From positions 1 to 40,172 of the forward strand of contig JANNTE010000130.1 of NCBI GenBank assembly GCA_031403365.1: a stretch of DNA of 40,172 nt. Direction: 5' to 3'. Positions 38,053 through 40,172 of the stretch are shown piece by piece; the first letter of the stretch is position 1; each line of letters opens with the position of its first letter. The translations under genes were made by a program, and so were the position numbers. Below the pieces are notes generated by a model. The model was not told the origin of the DNA, did not search any database, and saw only the letters and a program-made list of their open reading frames with translations. The DNA is from Betaproteobacteria bacterium. Lineage in GTDB: Bacteria > Pseudomonadota > Gammaproteobacteria > Burkholderiales > JACQAP01.

Positions 38053-38352
38053 GGGTAAATCGCGGCCGCGCCCCGGATCGCGCCTGGCGCCTTCAGCGCT
38101 GCTCTGAAGTCCTTGTCGGAGCAATTTTCGCGCTGATTGCCGTAACTTCCCTGCAACTATTCCCGCAAATCCCCCTGCAAATCCCCTATGGCCCCGAGGG
38201 GCAATTCGGTTAGAATCGCGCGCTGACTTGACAGTCGGCAGGGCGGCAGCCCGGATATGCCGGAACAATGCGGTCGCGCGTTCTTACATCAGGGTCAAGG
38301 AGCCAGCCCGTTATTGGCTCTGTATTAAATCAATATCGATATAGGGGGATTC

Positions 38353-40172
38353 ATGTCTTCAGCACTGATCTTCGCGCTGGTGTGCGCGATCATCGGAATT
38401 GCCTACGGGGCGATTTCTACCAAGTGGATTCTCGGCCAACCGGCCGGCAATGCACGCATGCAGGAAATCGCCGCCGCCATTAAGCAGGGCGCGCAGGCTT
38501 ACCTGAACCGGCAATACACGACCATCTCAATAGTCGGCGGCATCCTGTTCGTCGTACTCGGCTTTGGACTCGACTGGTACTCCGCGATCGGCTTCCTGAT
38601 CGGCGCCGTACTCTCGGGGCTGACCGGCTACATCGGCATGAACGTTTCGGTGCGCGCCAATGTGCGCACCGCCGAAGCCGCCAATAACGGCATGAACGCC
38701 GCGCTGCAAGTCGCCTTCCGCGGCGGCGCCATCACCGGCATGCTGGTGGTGGGCCTGGGCCTGCTGGGTGTGGCCGGCTACTACGGCATTCTGCTCACCA
38801 TGATCGAGCCGGACAAAGCACTGCATTCGCTGGTGGGACTCGCCTTCGGATCCTCGCTGATTTCGATATTCGCGCGTCTGGGCGGCGGCATCTTTACCAA
38901 GGGCGCCGACGTCGGCGCGGATCTGGTCGGCAAGGTCGAAGCGGGCATCCCCGAAGATGATCCGCGCAATCCGGCGGTGATTGCCGACAACGTCGGTGAC
39001 AACGTCGGCGACTGCGCCGGCATGGCGGCAGACTTGTTCGAGACCTATGCGGTCACCATTGTCGCCACCATGCTTCTCGGCGGGTTGATGATGGACAAGA
39101 TCGGCGAAAACGCGGTGCTCTATCCGCTGGTGCTCGGCGGTGCGTCTATCATCGCCTCGATCATCGGCACCTTCTTCGTCAAGGCCAATGACGGCGGCAA
39201 GATCATGAACGCGCTCTACAAGGGCGTGATCGTTTCCGGCGTGTTGGCCGCCATCGCCTTCTATTTCATCACCGGCAACATGATGGGCGACAGCCCGCTG
39301 GGTGCGATGAACCTGTTCTACGCCTCGCTGGTTGGCCTGGTGCTCACCGCGCTCATGGTGGTCATCACCGAGTATTACACCGCCACCGAATACGGCCCGG
39401 TGCGCCACATCGCCGCAGCTTCGCAGACCGGTCATGGCACCAACATCATCGCCGGACTGGGTGTGTCGATGAAATCCACCGCGCTGCCGGTGCTCGCGGT
39501 GTGCGCCGCCATCTGGGCCGCCAACGCATTCGCCGGCATCTACGGCATCGCCATCGCGGCAACCGCCATGCTGTCGATGACCGGCATGATCGTGGCACTC
39601 GATGCCTACGGCCCCATTACCGACAACGCCGGCGGCATCGCGGAAATGGCCGGTCTGCCCTCGAAGATCCGCGACATTACCGACCCGCTCGACGCCGTGG
39701 GCAACACCACGAAAGCCGTGACCAAAGGCTATGCCATCGGCTCCGCCGGCCTGGCCGCTCTGGTGCTGTTCGCCGACTACACCCACAATCTTGAAGCGCT
39801 GGGAAAATTGCAGGTGTTTTCGCTTTCCGATCCGGCCGTCATCATTGGCCTGTTTATCGGCGGCATGGTGCCTTACCTGTTTGCCGCCATGGCGATGGAA
39901 GCTGTTGGCCGCGCTGCCGGTTCCGTGGTCGTCGAAGTGCGCCGCCAGTTCCGCGAAATCAAAGGCATCATGGAAGGCACCGCCAAGCCCGACTATTCAC
40001 GCGCGGTGGACATGCTCACCAAAGCCGCCATCAAGGAAATGCTGATTCCCTCCCTGCTGCCGGTGCTGGTTCCGGTGGTCGTGGCCTTCGGCATGGAATG
40101 GCTCATGGGTGACGGTGCCGGCGTACGTGCACTCGGCGGCCTGCTCATCGGCACCATTGTCACCGGCCTGTT
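38353..40172 (+). CDS. hppA: membrane-bound H+-translocating pyrophosphatase, K+-independent type; 3' end beyond window; absent from ORF track
   Basis: AGGGGGA SD upstream of ATG 38353. Hand translation gives [55 protein letters not shown] ... [48 protein letters not shown] ... [21 protein letters not shown]. Frame 1 stays open to nt 40172. Confidence 0.93.
   Translation, partial: MSSALIFALVCAIIGIAYGAISTKWILGQPAGNARMQEIAAAIKQGAQAYLNRQYTTISIVGGILFVVLGFGLDWYSAIGFLIGAVLSGLTGYIGMNVSVRANVRTAEAANNGMNAALQVAFRGGAITGMLVVGLGLLGVAGYYGILLTMIEPDKALHSLVGLAFGSSLISIFARLGGGIFTKGADVGADLVGKVEAGIPEDDPRNPAVIADNVGDNVGDCAGMAADLFETYAVTIVATMLLGGLMMDKIGENAVLYPLVLGGASIIASIIGTFFVKANDGGKIMNALYKGVIVSGVLAAIAFYFITGNMMGDSPLGAMNLFYASLVGLVLTALMVVITEYYTATEYGPVRHIAAASQTGHGTNIIAGLGVSMKSTALPVLAVCAAIWAANAFAGIYGIAIAATAMLSMTGMIVALDAYGPITDNAGGIAEMAGLPSKIRDITDPLDAVGNTTKAVTKGYAIGSAGLAALVLFADYTHNLEALGKLQVFSLSDPAVIIGLFIGGMVPYLFAAMAMEAVGRAAGSVVVEVRRQFREIKGIMEGTAKPDYSRAVDMLTKAAIKEMLIPSLLPVLVPVVVAFGMEWLMGDGAGVRALGGLLIGTIVTGL

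Noticed and set aside
37995-38213. 72-aa ORF with a hydrophobic stretch (VLVGAIFALIAVTSLQLF) downstream of the small secreted protein gene
   Set aside because: Its only start codon lies inside the preceding gene in another frame. There is no ATG/GTG/TTG after nt 38052 and no SD, so it is probably non-coding leader sequence.
38527-39786. 419-aa minus-strand ORF, the largest track entry in this region
   Set aside because: Its product is Gly/Asp/His/Arg-rich with no recognisable family features. It lies exactly antisense to a plus-strand frame encoding a textbook H+-pyrophosphatase, so it is a shadow ORF of a GC-rich gene.

Overview
GC-rich chromosomal core region, probably from a beta- or gammaproteobacterium. 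This is inferred from gene order: tsaE-amiC...mutL-miaA, exbB-exbD-lpxK-ycaR-kdsB-adk, and pfp near hppA. I support about 42 protein-coding genes. I saw no rRNA or tRNA genes, CRISPR arrays, transposases, integrases or recognisable defence genes. High GC produces many long antisense shadow ORFs in the supplied track, which I rejected. Two real genes are missing from the track. One is the H+-pyrophosphatase gene, open from 38353 to the window end. The other is a 59-aa Trm112/YcaR gene at 34581-34760. Several track ORFs are over-extended at the 5' end; I re-set their starts using signal peptides, Shine-Dalgarno (SD) sequences and ATGA/TGATG stop-start overlaps. The most unusual locus is a 1074-aa gene (23694-26918, minus strand). 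It joins a small N-terminal domain, about 570 residues of nearly pure E/R/K/A/Q sequence, one transmembrane (TM) helix and an AsmA-like periplasmic domain. It sits inside the otherwise conserved tsaE-amiC-mutL-miaA block. Other points of interest: a G-rich inverted REP-like element present twice, which appears to supply the start codons of miaA and kdsB; an LpxH2-like gene with no canonical start codon upstream of its catalytic motif; a 26-nt tandem repeat across the stop of an EamA transporter gene; an apparently exported RraA-like / twin-arginine (Tat) intradiol dioxygenase pair; two paralogous lipoproteins sharing a repeated module; and a four-gene envelope lipoprotein cluster (hypothetical, COG3014, YcfL, LpoB). 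All functional calls come from reading the translations by eye. No database search was run.
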